Shown here one piece after another: positions 14,728 to 15,241 of a DNA stretch of 15,241 bases. The position numbers and the translations under genes were made by a program. The first letter of the stretch is position 1; every line of letters starts with the position of its first letter. The notes under the pieces were generated by a model, which saw only the letters and a list, made by a program, of their open reading frames with translations, made no database searches and had not been told where the DNA came from. The DNA comes from an uncultured Bdellovibrio sp. (lineage in GTDB: Bacteria; Bdellovibrionota; Bdellovibrionia; Bdellovibrionales; Bdellovibrionaceae): NCBI GenBank assembly GCA_963932905.1, contig CAWVRN010000048.1, positions 1 to 15,241 of the forward strand. Direction: 5' to 3'.

Positions 14728-15198
14728 ATGTCCTCCATGAAGACATCATCTATTCAAAAAACTTGTTTCATTCTTTTATCTGTATTCAGCTTAGCATTCA
14801 GTGGTTGTGAAACGCTGGGTGTCCTGCAAAGCTTAATCGAACCCCCAAAGGTAGACGTTGAGTCCGTCAACATCGGTAAAGTCGGCATGGAAGGTATCGA
14901 TTTAGAAGTGAATTTAAAAGTTAACAATCCTAACTCGGCCGCTCTTAATATCGATAAATTTAAATATGACTTAGCCATTGGCGACAGTTCCCTTTTCAGC
15001 GGCGTTTACGACAAAAAAGTAGAACTAAAATCGAACGACATGACTCACGTAATGATCCCTGTAAAATTAGATTACAAATCGGCGCGGGCCGCTGTTGAAA
15101 ATTACCTTTTCAAATCAATCCGTGATTACAAACTAAAAGGTTCGCTATCCAGTGGCGCTTTCACGGTCCCGATTGAAGGCTCCGGCAAAATTGAATGA
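14728..15198 (+). CDS. LEA_2/WHy-domain lipoprotein
   Basis: Lipobox-like FSG|C, P.V....V, L.V.NPN...L......Y.L WHy signature. Alternative start ATG 14737. Confidence 0.87.
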   Translation: MSSMKTSSIQKTCFILLSVFSLAFSGCETLGVLQSLIEPPKVDVESVNIGKVGMEGIDLEVNLKVNNPNSAALNIDKFKYDLAIGDSSLFSGVYDKKVELKSNDMTHVMIPVKLDYKSARAAVENYLFKSIRDYKLKGSLSSGAFTVPIEGSGKIE

Positions 15199-15205
15199 AC
15201 TGGTC

Positions 15206-15224
15206 CCTTAGCCTGCGGCTAAGG
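15206..15224 (+). terminator. Hairpin after the LEA_2 gene; possible terminator
   Basis: CCTTAGCC-TGC-GGCTAAGG, 8-bp perfect stem 7 nt after the stop. No clear U-tract. Confidence 0.4.
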
Positions 15225-15241
15225 CCAATTAAGATATCGTC

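Noticed and set aside
1..15241. CRISPR arrays, IS elements, prophage, defence or toxin-antitoxin systems
   Set aside because: No repeat-spacer pattern, transposase, integrase or phage gene seen. The RatA-like protein lacks a RatB partner and is better read as a Coq10-like lipid-binding fold.

Overview
Core-genome-like, moderately AT-rich bacterial window with no mobile element, CRISPR array or long repeat. Gene content and style suggest Bdellovibrionota or a related deltaproteobacterial lineage (inference only). Left to right: a 3'-truncated tRNA-Leu(TAA) (-); a membrane protein; an IMPDH/GMPR-family enzyme whose motifs favour GMP reductase; murI; lysA (-); an MpaA-like murein-peptide amidase coupled to dapD; a lone LolC/E-type permease (-); a secreted hypothetical protein; an mlaE-mlaF-mlaD-like MCE operon (-); a DUF218 protein, ridA and a small outer-membrane beta-barrel (-); a phasin-like protein, a Coq10/RatA-like START protein, glpX and a YbgC-like thioesterase (-); pgsA; an uncalled 49-aa ORF; and a LEA_2/WHy lipoprotein. 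Main signals: (1) the MCE operon's only ATPase has lost almost all hydrolytic ABC motifs and the operon sits behind a sigma28-like, apparently leaderless promoter; (2) murI-lysA-mpaA-dapD gathers enzymes acting on D-Glu and meso-DAP, suggesting a peptidoglycan stem-peptide salvage node; (3) several SD-less start codons lie where a promoter predicts +1; (4) a perfect 19-bp palindrome precedes the beta-barrel gene. All calls come from motif reading by eye; no database search was run.
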